64,000 nucleotides of DNA, from NCBI GenBank assembly GCA_000004985.1, contig GG738863.1; one strand, written 5' to 3'. The position numbers and the translations under genes were made by a program. Shown one piece after another: positions 20,193 to 31,050 of the stretch; position 1 is the stretch's first letter; each line of letters opens with the position of its first letter. The notes beneath the pieces are model-generated. The model was not told where the DNA came from and made no database searches. It was given only the letters and a program-made list of their open reading frames with translations. Origin of the DNA: Naegleria gruberi. Its lineage: Eukaryota.

Positions 20193-21578
20193 TTATGATT
20201 TGGAAAGGTTGCAAACAATATAGGCAATCTCTGTTGTGTCCACAATCACCTTAAGGAATATGGTTTTCACACTTGAAAGCTTTGCCAACATTGCAAAAGT
20301 ATTACCAATCACTGAAAGTCTTTCGAAATAGGTAACTGTAACACTCTCCAAACTTTCCAGAGTTTCTTCGTGAACATAATTAATAAAGAACATCATATTT
20401 CTGCCTCCCTCATACATATCATAACATTCCATTTCTAATCTTTCAATCTTGTTCAATTTGGAAACAATTTCAGCTAAGAGGAGTGGGCTACTCATATCTG
20501 AAACGCAAATTTTGAGGGCTTTTACATAATCATTCATATTATCATTTGTCATTTCAGCCATTTCAAGTTCTTCATCTGTATCCTCGTCCATATTCTGAAA
20601 AGTTTGGCACACTTCATAGTAGGATAGTGCCGAGTGTATCTCTCTTCTTGTAGTGCTTTGGGTTCCTTCCAATGTTTTCCATGTACTTACTGGTGAAGAT
20701 TCCTTTTTGAATTTAGGTTTGAAATTCCCTACTGTTGTATACAACTCTTCAACAAGATTCTTCTCAATGGCCTCTAGTTCATCTAAATTCATTGAATTTA
20801 AATCAATTTTATCATCAACAGATGTTGTATCATTTTGAGTATCTGAATCATCTTGCATTTCTCTAAATTCAGGATAGATTGGATCCTTAAGTGGTTTCTG
20901 TGTGTCTGGTGTTGGAAGGTTGAAGAATTTATAATCAGTACTCTTTTCATCCAAATACTTATTCTGCATTTCTAATAAATATTTAATGACCTTCACTCTA
21001 TACGAATATAATATAGGAGAAATAGAGTTGAGGAAAACTGTAAGATCAAGAGTTTCATCCTTCATTCTTTTAAACATTGATTGTTCTAAATGATTTCTTA
21101 CCGATTGTGAAACCAATCGATGTTTGATGTATGTGAAAAACCATGGATCCCTTACGGAGATGGTTTTTCTAATAGCACCTCTCTTATCATAATATGTAGC
21201 TCCACCATAAACATTAGAGTAGGTTGGAATGAAGGAAATAATTTCAATCTTCACATCCAGTGGCAAAACTGTCAATGTTGATGCCGTAATATTTTGATCA
21301 TCAGCATTATTATTGACAGAAGAATGATTTTGTAAAAGATCCTTCAATATCCACAATCTTGCTACCTTCAAACAATCTCTGTACGGAGAGAATTTAGTTT
21401 GAATATCAAGCTTATCCTCCTGAACAACATTTTGCAAGGAATTCTTCATGGTGGCCATGCAATTTCTTTGGATGAGCTTTTCCATCAATTCTCTATTCTC
21501 CTGAATACCTAGCAAATTATGCCTTGGTGTGCCTGGTCCTCCTGTTGACTTTCTAGCTGTCTGTCTTGTTCTTGCCAT
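20193..21578 (-). CDS. Hypothetical protein with a histone H3 tail-like N-terminus ([14 protein letters not shown]...) and a possible F-box-like motif
   Basis: The tracked start at 21587 is TTG; the true ATG is at 21578-21576. That gives about 461 aa beginning [24 protein letters not shown], which is 12 of 13 identities with H3 residues 1-13 (K4 replaced by R). Residues around 100-120 ([18 protein letters not shown]) resemble an F-box. The rest is helical with acidic patches. Single exon. Confidence 0.6.
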   Translation of the reverse strand: [461 protein letters not shown]

Positions 21579-21874
21579 TTTTTTCAAAGTGAATAATCAG
21601 CAACAAGGTAATGATGACTACATTTTTTGATATTAATTTTTTGTAGTGTTACGATTTTTTTCGTTTCCTCCAATACCTTGAAATTCTTACCTTGAAACAA
21701 TATATTAAATAATATTGTTAATATTTAATTGAAGAAAAGAAAACCTTACAAGAAGAATCATCATTTTGAACTTAAATTTAGAAGAGTGATGCTCCTTCCA
21801 TTTATCTTCTATTGGTAAGTCATTAAAAGAAAAAGCCTCCATTAGCAGAATCCTCACAAAATTCACATTAAAAA

Positions 21875-24439
21875 ATGTACAATACCCAACAACAATCTTC
21901 CCCGCAACAACCAAGACTTTCATCAAAGGTTGAATTGCACATTTCATGCAGAGGATTGAAGAATGTGAGTTGTTTATGTGAAGATTTGCAATTTAATAAT
22001 TATTCGTTAATTTGTGATGATTTTGTTGATTTTATTAAATGATCATCTAATGATGATTTTATTAAATAAGATGGATTTACTTTCAAAGTCAGATCCAAAG
22101 GTTTTAGTTTATGCAGGATTTCCTCCGAATAATCCACAATACGTAAGTAAATAATTAGAAATTTCTAGAAATATTATTGGAAAGGCTTGGAAATTATTGG
22201 GCGAAACTGAATGCATCAAGGATAATTTAAATCCAAACTTTTCAACTACTTTTACAGTTGAATATTGTTTTGAAGAACTTCAACACTTGAAATTCTGTGT
22301 CTATGATATTGATAATAATACTGCCACATTATCGGATGATGATTTTATTGGAGAGACAACTACAACACTAGGTGAGTATTGAAATCTTAAGAGTTTAGAT
22401 ACCAATTTATTGAATTAAAATACAGGTGAAATTTGTGGAGCTAAAGGACAAAAATTAATTAAACATCTCTATGCCAAGGGTTCAAAGGTTTCAAGAGGTA
22501 CCATCATTGTAACTGCCGAGGAAGTTAATTCAAATGCCACTGATGATGTGGAAATTGCCTTGGCAGGTGTTACACTTCCAAAGGTATGTGTTAAATAATT
22601 TCACAGAAACTTATTCTACAATTTATTATTTAATCTTACAATAGATGGATTTTTTTGGAAAGGCAGATCCAGTACGTAATTAGTTATTAGCAGATTTATC
22701 TAACATTTGTCAAGTTTTATGTTGTACAAAAAGCATCTGAAAGTGGTCAATTCCTTTCAGTTTATCAATCTGAAACCATCATGAATAATTTAAATCCAAT
22801 TTGGAAGCCAATGCGAATTTCTTGTGCCAAATTGTGTAATGGAGATTATCATAGAAGTTTGAAAATTTCTGTATACGATTGGAATAAGCACTCTGCTCCA
22901 GATTTTATCGGAGAGGTTGAAACTAATTTGGATGCTCTTCTTAAGGCTAGTGTTTCTCTTAAACTACAAAATCCAGCAAAGAAAAAGGGAAATCATGGCG
23001 ATCTTATTGTCAAGTCCTCCAAGATTACTAAAAATCCAACCTTCTTGGAATTTTTGGCAGGTGGAATGAAAATGAACATGTTGGTTGCAGTTGACTTTAC
23101 TGCTTCAAATGGTCAACCAGAATTACCTCAATCTTTGCACTACAATAGACAAGGACAAATGAACCAATACGAACAAGCTATTAGATCTGTTGGACAAATT
23201 ATTTCTGACTATGATAGCGACAAATTGTTCCCATCTTTTGGTTATGGAGGATATTTACCAAATGGTATTACATCACACTGCTTTGCTTTGAATGGTAATC
23301 CACAAAAACCAGAATGTTTTCAAGTTGACGGAATTCTTCAAAGTTATAGACAAGCACTGTATACCGTAAAACTTTCAGGACCAACTCATTTTGCTCAAAT
23401 TATCAAAACAGCCTGTCAATATGCTTCTGTTCCAATAAGTCAATCAAACCAAGAATATTTTGTCTTGCTCATTTGTACTGATGGTATGATTAATGATATG
23501 CAGGAAACTATTGATCAAATAATTGAAGGATCAGGACTCCCACTTTCAATTATTATTGTTGGTGTTGGTGCAGCTGATTTCAGCTCTATGGAAACACTGG
23601 ATGGCGATAATGCTGCCCTCAGATCTGGCCGTACTGGAAGAACAGCTCTTCGTGATATTGTCCAATTTGTACCATTTAACAAATTTGCATCAATGCCATT
23701 TACTGCTCTCAGTAAGGAAGTTCTTGCTGAAATTCCAACCCAAGTAACTCAATTCATGAAAATGAAAAATTTAATGCCAAACCAAAGAGTAGTTATTCAG
23801 GAATATGTTCCACCTGAACCAAGCACTCCATCCACCACAACTACTCAAATGTATCCAAGCAATGATCCACCAAGAGAAAGAAGTATGTCAGAAAGTTTCA
23901 ATCCAAATACTTCCAATTCCAATCTTAATTCCATTCCAAACCAAGTTCCACAACAAGGTATTCCACAACAACAAGTTCCACCAACTTATGGAGTTCCTCC
24001 TCAACAAGGTGGTTATCCACAACAGGGTTATCCTCAACAACCAACTGGTCAACCTCAACAATATCCTCAACAACAAGGTGGTTATCCAATGCAACCTCAA
24101 CAATTTGGTGGATATCCTCAACAGCCTGTTGGTGGACAACCTCAACAATTTGGTCAACAAGTTCCACCTCAACAATATGGCCAAATCCCTCCTCAACAAT
24201 ACAGTCAAGTCCCTCCACAACAAGGTTACCCACAACAAGGTGGATATCCACAACAGGGTTATCCTCAACAACCAACTGGTCAACCTCAACAATTTGGTCA
24301 ACAAGTCCCTCCACAACAATATGGCCAAATCCCTCCTCAACAATACAGTCAAGTCCCTCCACAACAAGGCTATCCTCAACAAGTCCCACGTAATCCTCAA
24401 CAACCTGAAAATCCAACCATCCCTCAATACAAAATTTAA
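21875..24439 (+). CDS. Copine (two C2 domains plus a vWA domain) with a long P/Q/G/Y-rich C-terminal tail. Six exons.
   Basis: Exons: 21875..21964 (MYNTQQQ...[12 protein letters not shown]), 22071..22142 ([14 protein letters not shown]...), 22185..22371 ([20 protein letters not shown]...FCVYDIDN...), 22426..22583 (...[10 protein letters not shown]...), 22645..22671 (MDFFGKADP) and 22715..24439 ([13 protein letters not shown]...NNLNPIWKP...; vWA region [10 protein letters not shown]...LICTDG...[10 protein letters not shown]). Introns are 42-106 nt with GTGAGT/GTAAGT/GTATGT/GTACGT donors, and all junctions are in phase. Each junction matches the conserved copine order (SKSDP, SWAELGRTE-like, NNLNPxW). 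Confidence 0.8.
24137..24424 (+). repeat. Tandem duplication of a 144-nt (48-aa) coding unit in the copine tail, embedded in shorter GYPQQ-type repeats
   Basis: Copy 1 is 24137..24280 and copy 2 starts at 24281. Both encode [34 protein letters not shown](G)... with only a few substitutions. The antisense ORFs 23888..24427 and 23925..24416 are by-products of this repeat. Confidence 0.7.
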
Positions 24440-25047
24440 TTTATTGTACTTTATTTACCAATTCCTTTCATTTCTATCGAATACATATGTCAATTTGAAC
24501 CAATTTATGTACTGCAATAAAATCAGCTTTGATTCAAACATAGAAATAAAGAAAGGTTTCACCTGTCTGTTGATTACTAGTGATACAATGCACCAAATAT
24601 GATGATTGCTTCAAGCCGCTCCAATATTTTTTTGATGAACTTTTAAATCTCCATTTGAACTTGTTCAATGTAATTTTCATTAAGGAGTGCCAAGCTATTT
24701 ATTCATGTATAATACCTCAACTAAGTGTAAGACAAATCACTAGTAGGATATTGTTTTTCTTGAATACTATTTTGATAATATTATCATCATATAATTAATC
24801 TCAAAATTTGTCTTGTTTCCATATAGGGCAATAAATACTCTTAGTGGAGTGGTTTGATTAATTATACATCCTAAAAATTATAAAATCTCCTATTAAGGAC
24901 GTTTTTTCAGTTAATTTCTATCTTCACTTTGCGCAACAAGCACCATTATTTAATAACCCTCTCAAATAAATTAGATCTATAAATTCAACCACCACTCGCA
25001 GAGTATTTGTGTTCAATGATTACGGAAAAGTTTTTAAACAAACGAAG

Positions 25048-27006
25048 ATGAAGGTAACGCCCGCAGGAAGTAATCATTTTAATAATAACACTCAATCATC
25101 ATCATCCTTTCTCAGTCGACTCTCTTATATGAGAGCCTTTGAGGAAGCAATTCCAAACCAAACAGCAGGAGGGCTGTTCAACACAGGAAGAGGATATTGC
25201 ATCGATTCAATATGTTCCATCAAGGCTTTTGTTATTATGTTTTTAGTTTTGACAATATTCATCACTTGCGTTGTGATTTGGATTATTATCATGGTTTTAA
25301 TATCATCACAGGTGGAAATAACAATGGCAATCGCCTCAATAATTGTGTGGTGTACATTTGTTGTATCGATCACAATCTTCTCTATACTATTAGCAGTGGG
25401 GGTACACTTTTTGATAAAAAAGCCACTATTTGTACTAACAAGACAACTTGGTACCATGAAATCACTCCGATTTGATGCAATCCAAAAACTTTCCTCAATT
25501 CTCTATGAATTCATACCACTCTATGTGGCCTTTAATGAATTGAATAATTTAATGAAGGATATAAGGCCCTTCATTCCAGAATCCATTACAAGACAATCTG
25601 ATGAAGAAGTACTGGACTTGGATGAAGAAGAACGGAGAAACAAGCAAATGATCGAAATGAGAAAGAAATTAATGCCAATTGCTAAGAAAATTGCAGCTCA
25701 ACAGAAACCAATTACAAAGGTAATAACGGTACAGAAATCAAAATCGAGAGTTGATTTGAACACTCTCAAACCAAACATTAATGAGCAAAAGACAAACGAA
25801 CAAAAACCAGTTGAATCAATAACTCCACAACAAAAACCACAACAACAAACGCCAATGGCAAGTTCATTATTGGATCCAAACTTGGAGGAGAGGCCAAACT
25901 CTGCAGTGGACAAATTAAGGAACGCAGTTTCCAAGGCAGTTGCCAAAGCAACAAAACCAAGAATCGAAGGTTCTCTCTCTTTGCAAATCAATGTCAACCT
26001 TCATGATAATATGTCTGAAGTTAGTAGTGTCTTTAATTCTTCAAGAGAGTTTGGCTCCAACTTGGGAAGTGGATTTTCACCTGAATTTAAAAAAAATTTT
26101 GGGTTAGGGTTGACTTCACACATTACAACAATAATTATTATTCAATTTAGAAACTTTGACGGAAAGAGTTATCCAAATACTGCAGATTTATTGTCAGTAT
26201 TTACATTGCTTTTCCAAAAAGTCCAAAGCGTTAGCAGGCAATTCAGAGGAAGAACGGCTATCATCACTCCAAAGGTTCTCATGATCAGTTTTGAAGTTGG
26301 TAAAAACGCGGAAAGAAATGCCTTACTATGTGCTCTTCAATTAGAAAAACAAATGCAATCAGTCAATACACAGCTCACAGAACAGGTAAATCTTCCCCCA
26401 GTAGAATTTGGAATTGGTGTTTCGAGGTCTGAATGTTTGGTGGGTAATATTGGTACGGCTGCTGTGAGATATTCTGCATTGATTGGAGCTTGTTCAAGCA
26501 ATGCATTGCGATTAGCTGCTCTGTGTGCATACTTTGGTACTTCAATTCTTACCGATGAGTCGCTAACGCTTGCTCTTAACATTGGTTTCATTACACGTGC
26601 TGTCCACTTTATGCACAAGAAATCAATCCTTGATGAAAAATTGTGCCTCGATGATGATGATGTGAATAAGCAAACAATTTTTCAATTGTTGGGCGAGAGA
26701 AAGATTTTGGATGATGAATGGTTTTACGAAATTCAACAACAAGAACAAAATAACTTGTATAAGGAATTCGATCAAGCATTTGAATTATTGAGAGGAGATG
26801 TTAACATGACCTTGTTGAAAGAAATATGTGGAGTGTTTGAAGCCTATTCAAGTAAGCATCCAACTGATAAGGTTGTTTCATTGCTTTATGCTCAATTATC
26901 AAAATATTTACAATATGATGCTGAAGAAGTTGTGGAAGCAATAAGAGCCTTTAGTTTAGAAAAGACCGATATCCCACTTCACACTGATCCATCATTCATT
27001 CTTTAA
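25048..27006 (+). CDS. Membrane-anchored protein with a degenerate class III adenylyl/guanylyl cyclase-like domain (probable pseudo-cyclase)
   Basis: The tracked start at 25009 is GTG; the first ATG is at 25048. There are two N-terminal TM helices (FVIMFLVLTIFITCVVIWIIIMVLI; IASIIVWCTFVVSITIFSILLAVGV). Residues from about 400 to 560 (TTIIIIQFRNFDG...LMISFEVGKN...VEFGIGVSRSECLVGNIGTAAVRYSALIGACSSNALRLAALCAYFGTSILTDES) follow the CYCc fold pattern (FADIVGFT...GD.Y...RIGIH.G.V.GVIG..R..Y.V.G..VN.A.R.ES...I.VS), but both metal-binding Asp positions are substituted. Confidence 0.45.
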   Translation: MKVTPAGSNHFNNNTQSSSSFLSRLSYMRAFEEAIPNQTAGGLFNTGRGYCIDSICSIKAFVIMFLVLTIFITCVVIWIIIMVLISSQVEITMAIASIIVWCTFVVSITIFSILLAVGVHFLIKKPLFVLTRQLGTMKSLRFDAIQKLSSILYEFIPLYVAFNELNNLMKDIRPFIPESITRQSDEEVLDLDEEERRNKQMIEMRKKLMPIAKKIAAQQKPITKVITVQKSKSRVDLNTLKPNINEQKTNEQKPVESITPQQKPQQQTPMASSLLDPNLEERPNSAVDKLRNAVSKAVAKATKPRIEGSLSLQINVNLHDNMSEVSSVFNSSREFGSNLGSGFSPEFKKNFGLGLTSHITTIIIIQFRNFDGKSYPNTADLLSVFTLLFQKVQSVSRQFRGRTAIITPKVLMISFEVGKNAERNALLCALQLEKQMQSVNTQLTEQVNLPPVEFGIGVSRSECLVGNIGTAAVRYSALIGACSSNALRLAALCAYFGTSILTDESLTLALNIGFITRAVHFMHKKSILDEKLCLDDDDVNKQTIFQLLGERKILDDEWFYEIQQQEQNNLYKEFDQAFELLRGDVNMTLLKEICGVFEAYSSKHPTDKVVSLLYAQLSKYLQYDAEEVVEAIRAFSLEKTDIPLHTDPSFIL

Positions 27007-27236
27007 GTTGTTGTATGTGACAGGTAGCTACCAAGTACTTTGCAATCACAACCGTTTTATTCAATGATATTAAAACAAAGAGCCGATCCAAAAACAGAGT
27101 TCTAACAAAAAAGCAGAAGTTAAACTAATGAAAATAGCTTGGGACAAACTTCTAATACTGAAATTCATCAAATATTTTGAGGAAGATAGTGAAATTATAA
27201 ATGATTTTACTTCAAAATTTAATTTATTGTTTAAAT

Positions 27237-29708
27237 TTACAATCCTTCATTTCTATCGAGATACATGTCGAGCTGATCTAATTGATCATCAGTAGCAAAT
27301 TCTGACAGAACCATATCTACCATTTTGAAATTTCCAGCTACAGCATCTATGATTGGCTGGTTGGTTTGAATGAATGTATCTTCCAAATATAATTTTCTTA
27401 GTGTGTGATTTTGTTTTACAATCTTTACAATAGAGTCCACAGATTCGTCGTCAATACGTGCATTAAAACTCAAATCTAACTCTTGAAGGCAAGTATTTTC
27501 GAGAATTGCATTCGATAACTCTTCAACATCATCGTTTGAAATATTCTTGTTTTGTAAATTTACAGATTTGAGCATTGGGTTATTCTTTTTCAATTCCTCA
27601 CAAATAACTCTAACATTACCATCCTTAATCAGTCTTTGAAGAATGATCATTTGTTGTCTTTCCTTTTCCTTTCTGAGCTTTTCAGCTGCTTCTTGTTCTA
27701 AACGTAATTGAGCCTCTTCACGTTTCTTCTTTTCTGTGACTTCAATTTGTTTGATTTGTTCATCCATCTTCTCTACCTCTGACTTTGGCAGGTAGATTGG
27801 ATAAATATTCTTTATACGTTCCTTCATGAGTTCAATTTCGTAAGGTTGTAAGAATTTCTCTGGATCTTTTTGTTTTTCAATGAGAAAGTTCAGGCTCGAG
27901 TTGAATTCTGTTCTCTTTGAGGATTGATTATGATTCAAATCTTTAGCTTGCTTCAATTCAGTCTTGAGCATGGAAACAAGTGACATTTTAGATTCTACAG
28001 ATTTGATCCACTCTCCTAATTTTCCAGATTCATTCATTTCGGACATGAGATTGGCAAATTGTTGGGATAGTCTTTCCTTTTCATCATCGAGCTCCTGTTT
28101 TGCTCTTCTATCTTCTTCTTCTTCTTGTAAACGTTGGAGACGAATCCTTTCTTCAACTTCCTTCTTTTTGGCTTCTTCGATTCTTTCCCTTTCCAATCTA
28201 TTTTCTTCTTCAATTCTTTCCAATTCTTTTTGTTTTCTTAATTCTTCTGCCTTTTCCAATTCAGCTTGTTCTTGTTCTCTCTTCAATGCAGCTTCTTGTT
28301 CCAATTTACGTTGTTGTAACATTAGTGACGAGTCAGATTGCTGAGAGGATTGATCTCTGGCAGATTTTTTAGAACGTGTGGAATCCAAATCAGAATCAGA
28401 TTCATCCATGAGCATTTTCATCTTTTCTTCCAATTCCTTCTTCTTTCTCAATCTTTCCTCAATTTCTCTTTGATGTTCCTCTTCACGTTCCTTATCTTCT
28501 TGTTCAGATTTAGCTTTCAATTTTTGGTAGAGGGACATTTGTGAATCGGAAAATCCTGGAACGTTTAAACCAGGCACTGGGGAGTGAGTACTATCTGTCA
28601 CAGATGCACTATCTGTCGAATGAGTATGATGATGAACTGTTGAAGCATTATTTGTAGATTCAGATGTCATTGAATCAGTATCCTCGTGTGTTGATTCATC
28701 TGTTGCAGTATGACTGTTATGAGTAGTTTCCTCTTCGTGTGTTGTTGAAATATTATTGGCTGTTGGGGTTGGACTGTTATCATTAACAATTTTTGAAAGG
28801 AGTTGTGGATCTTCTGGTGCTCCAGAGAATAAACTATTTCCTCTCTTTCTTTCAAGATTTTTCAAATCTGCCACAAATTTACCAAAATCTTTGTTTTTCT
28901 GAATTTGTGTTTCTCTTGTGTAGGCATCTAATTACGAATTATTAGAAATTTACATTATTCGAAACAACATACCCTTATAGAATTTTAACAATAATTTAGC
29001 ATCTTCATCACCATTCAGGGCCATATTTTGAACATCCATTGCCAAGGTATAGGATTTTCTTCCACTTCTTCTTCTGAGAGCAACTCTTTCCTCACTTATA
29101 CCTCTCTCATGATGTGCTTCGGCAGCAGTTGATTCTCCACCAACACCAACACTGCCTGGTTGTGATTTACTCACTTCAGACAAATCCAATTTTCCCAACG
29201 AATTTCCACCCATCAAAATTGCATGTGATTTAGAACCCTGTTGATGTGTTGCTGTTTCAAATGATGAATTAATATCACCATCATCCGAATCAGAATCTTC
29301 ATCCATCTGTGAGTCCTTTCTCTTGAAAAAGTCAAAGATACTCTTTCTACGTTTCTGATGTCTTCTTCTATTGGTATTTCTACTTGGTGAGGAATTATTG
29401 GATGATGATGTTGCTGCTGAAGTATTATTCGAAACATCTCCCTGTGAGTGATTCAATGATGAGGAATTTGCTGTTGAAACAGCAACATGATGTTGTTGAC
29501 TGTGAGAACCAGCAATTGTATTACTTCTTGGCGTTTTACTGCTGCTTGGTATTTCGGAGGATGATATTTCAGAGGAGGAATTGTGAATGACTGGAGAGGT
29601 TGTGGTTGTTGTATTGGAACGTGGTGAAGCTATGAAAGCAACAGATTTTCTTCTGTCTTTTTCATTGGTGACTTCCTTCTTTTTGAATAGTGACTTGATG
29701 CCAACCAT
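27237..29708 (-). CDS. Protein with a Ser/Thr-rich N-terminus, a long charged E/K/R single-helix or coiled-coil region, and a C-terminal tropomodulin-type leucine-rich-repeat domain. Two exons.
   Basis: Two tracked ORFs (28950..29819 and 27237..28874, both with non-ATG starts) join in phase: exon 28973..29708 (ATG 29708-29706, MVGIKSLFKKK...); 45-nt GTATGT...TAATTAG intron 28928..28972; exon 27237..28927. G + AT gives D, then AYTRETQIQKN.... The C-terminal LRR reads NNPMLKSVNLQNKNISNDDVEELSNAILENTCLQELDLSFNARIDDESVDSIVKIVKQNHTLRKLYLED. Confidence 0.5.
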
Positions 29709-29955
29709 TTTTAAGTAGTGTACTAGGCTGTTATGGAGAGAGCTAGTGAAGAGGGTTGGCAGGTGAAGGTTTGTTTTTTTATTTTTTTTATTTTGAAGAT
29801 AAGTTTGATTGGTTGACAAGTACCTCAGATGGTGTGCATTGAAGTAAATGGGGTATTCGATAACTTTTTAGGGTCATTAAGAGTGCCATGGATTCGAATC
29901 AGTTATTCGATACAATATAGGAATGTTCTGTTAATAAATGTGTAATGTTAAAAAT

Positions 29956-31050
29956 TTAATTCATTCTTACGAGATTGGAATCAACAAGGAAAACTTTACA
30001 AATGAGGGGACCTTGGATTGTGTAGGCAATCTTTTTGTAAGGACGCCAACGAAGACCAACAGAATGTTTACCTTGAGGGAGCTTGGCAGTAACGTAAGAA
30101 ATTGGTTGTGTGAAGGCAAACTCCAATCTTGAAATTTTGACTTCTGACATTTCTACAAATTCAATACCTGAAAGAGCTGGGTGTGGTTTTTGGTTGACTC
30201 CATCCAAGACAATTACATAATCACCACAAGAGTCTGCAATATAATATTCAATTAATAAATTTCCTTCTCTTGGTACATCAATTTCAACAATTGATGATGG
30301 AATAACTTGCATTTCTTCAATTCCTGGATTTGCAGTAAAAAGTGGTTGATTGGTATTCTTCACATGGAGAGCAAGTAATTGAATTCCATTAATATTACTA
30401 GTAGATGAAGGAGTAATTGTTGGTTGTTGAAGAGAAGGAATAATTGGATTAATTACTGGTGATTGTTGTTCTTTAACAATTGGAATAATTGGTTGTTTTT
30501 GTTTTTCAATAGCAGATCCTAATTCTTCCAATCGAAGATGACAAGCAGTAATCAAATCATCCAATCTATAAAAACGAGCCTCGGATTTTAATCTGAGTAA
30601 TTGTTTTACAGTCAAATTATTAATACTAAGTTCAGGAACCTTACTATATCTAACCCAATCCAAAATTGCTTCAAATAATTCACCATTCAAATCAACAAAT
30701 AAATTTCCTGTTTCATCATATCCGAAATAATCACCAAATGGAAAACTTTTATCATTAGATTGATTGATAGATTGAATTGTTTGGAATGGGTTTGATTGTG
30801 TTGTTGTATTTGGTTTTCTACTCTTTAACGTTGGAATATTATTCAATTCTTTAAATATTGGGATGGATTTTAAAGTCTTGATGGTGGTTACAAATTTTCT
30901 TCCACCAACATTGATCTCTACTGATTCACCCGAAGGTTGAATAGATGACGGTGATGAGGAAGAAGGTGGTTGTTGAAGAGGTTGAATAGTTGGTTGTGGT
31001 TGATGTGATGGTACAATAGGATTAAAACGCTGAAGATTGAAAGGATCCAT
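29956..31050 (-). CDS. BTB/POZ potassium-channel-tetramerisation (KCTD)-type domain protein
   Basis: 364 aa with ATG at 31050. After a P/Q/S-rich N-terminus comes ESVEINVGGRKFVTTIKTLKSIPIFKE...GNLFVDLNGELFEAILDWVRY, which matches the T1/KCTD BTB pattern (LNVGG..F.T...TL ... D.DG..FIDRD...F..IL.Y.R). Confidence 0.55.
   Translation of the reverse strand: MDPFNLQRFNPIVPSHQPQPTIQPLQQPPSSSSPSSIQPSGESVEINVGGRKFVTTIKTLKSIPIFKELNNIPTLKSRKPNTTTQSNPFQTIQSINQSNDKSFPFGDYFGYDETGNLFVDLNGELFEAILDWVRYSKVPELSINNLTVKQLLRLKSEARFYRLDDLITACHLRLEELGSAIEKQKQPIIPIVKEQQSPVINPIIPSLQQPTITPSSTSNINGIQLLALHVKNTNQPLFTANPGIEEMQVIPSSIVEIDVPREGNLLIEYYIADSCGDYVIVLDGVNQKPHPALSGIEFVEMSEVKISRLEFAFTQPISYVTAKLPQGKHSVGLRWRPYKKIAYTIQGPLICKVFLVDSNLVRMN

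Noticed and set aside
23888-24427. Long antisense ORFs (179 and 163 aa) and the +2-frame ORF 23805..24602 across the copine tail
   Set aside because: They are generated by the CAA/CCA-rich tandem repeats, which stay open in several frames. The sense frame is anchored by the upstream copine domains.
29870-29930. GGATTCGAATC-containing segment that superficially resembles a tRNA T-arm
   Set aside because: I could not fold a cloverleaf around it. No acceptor/D-arm pairing or anticodon stem is present. It lies in the 5' leader of a protein gene.
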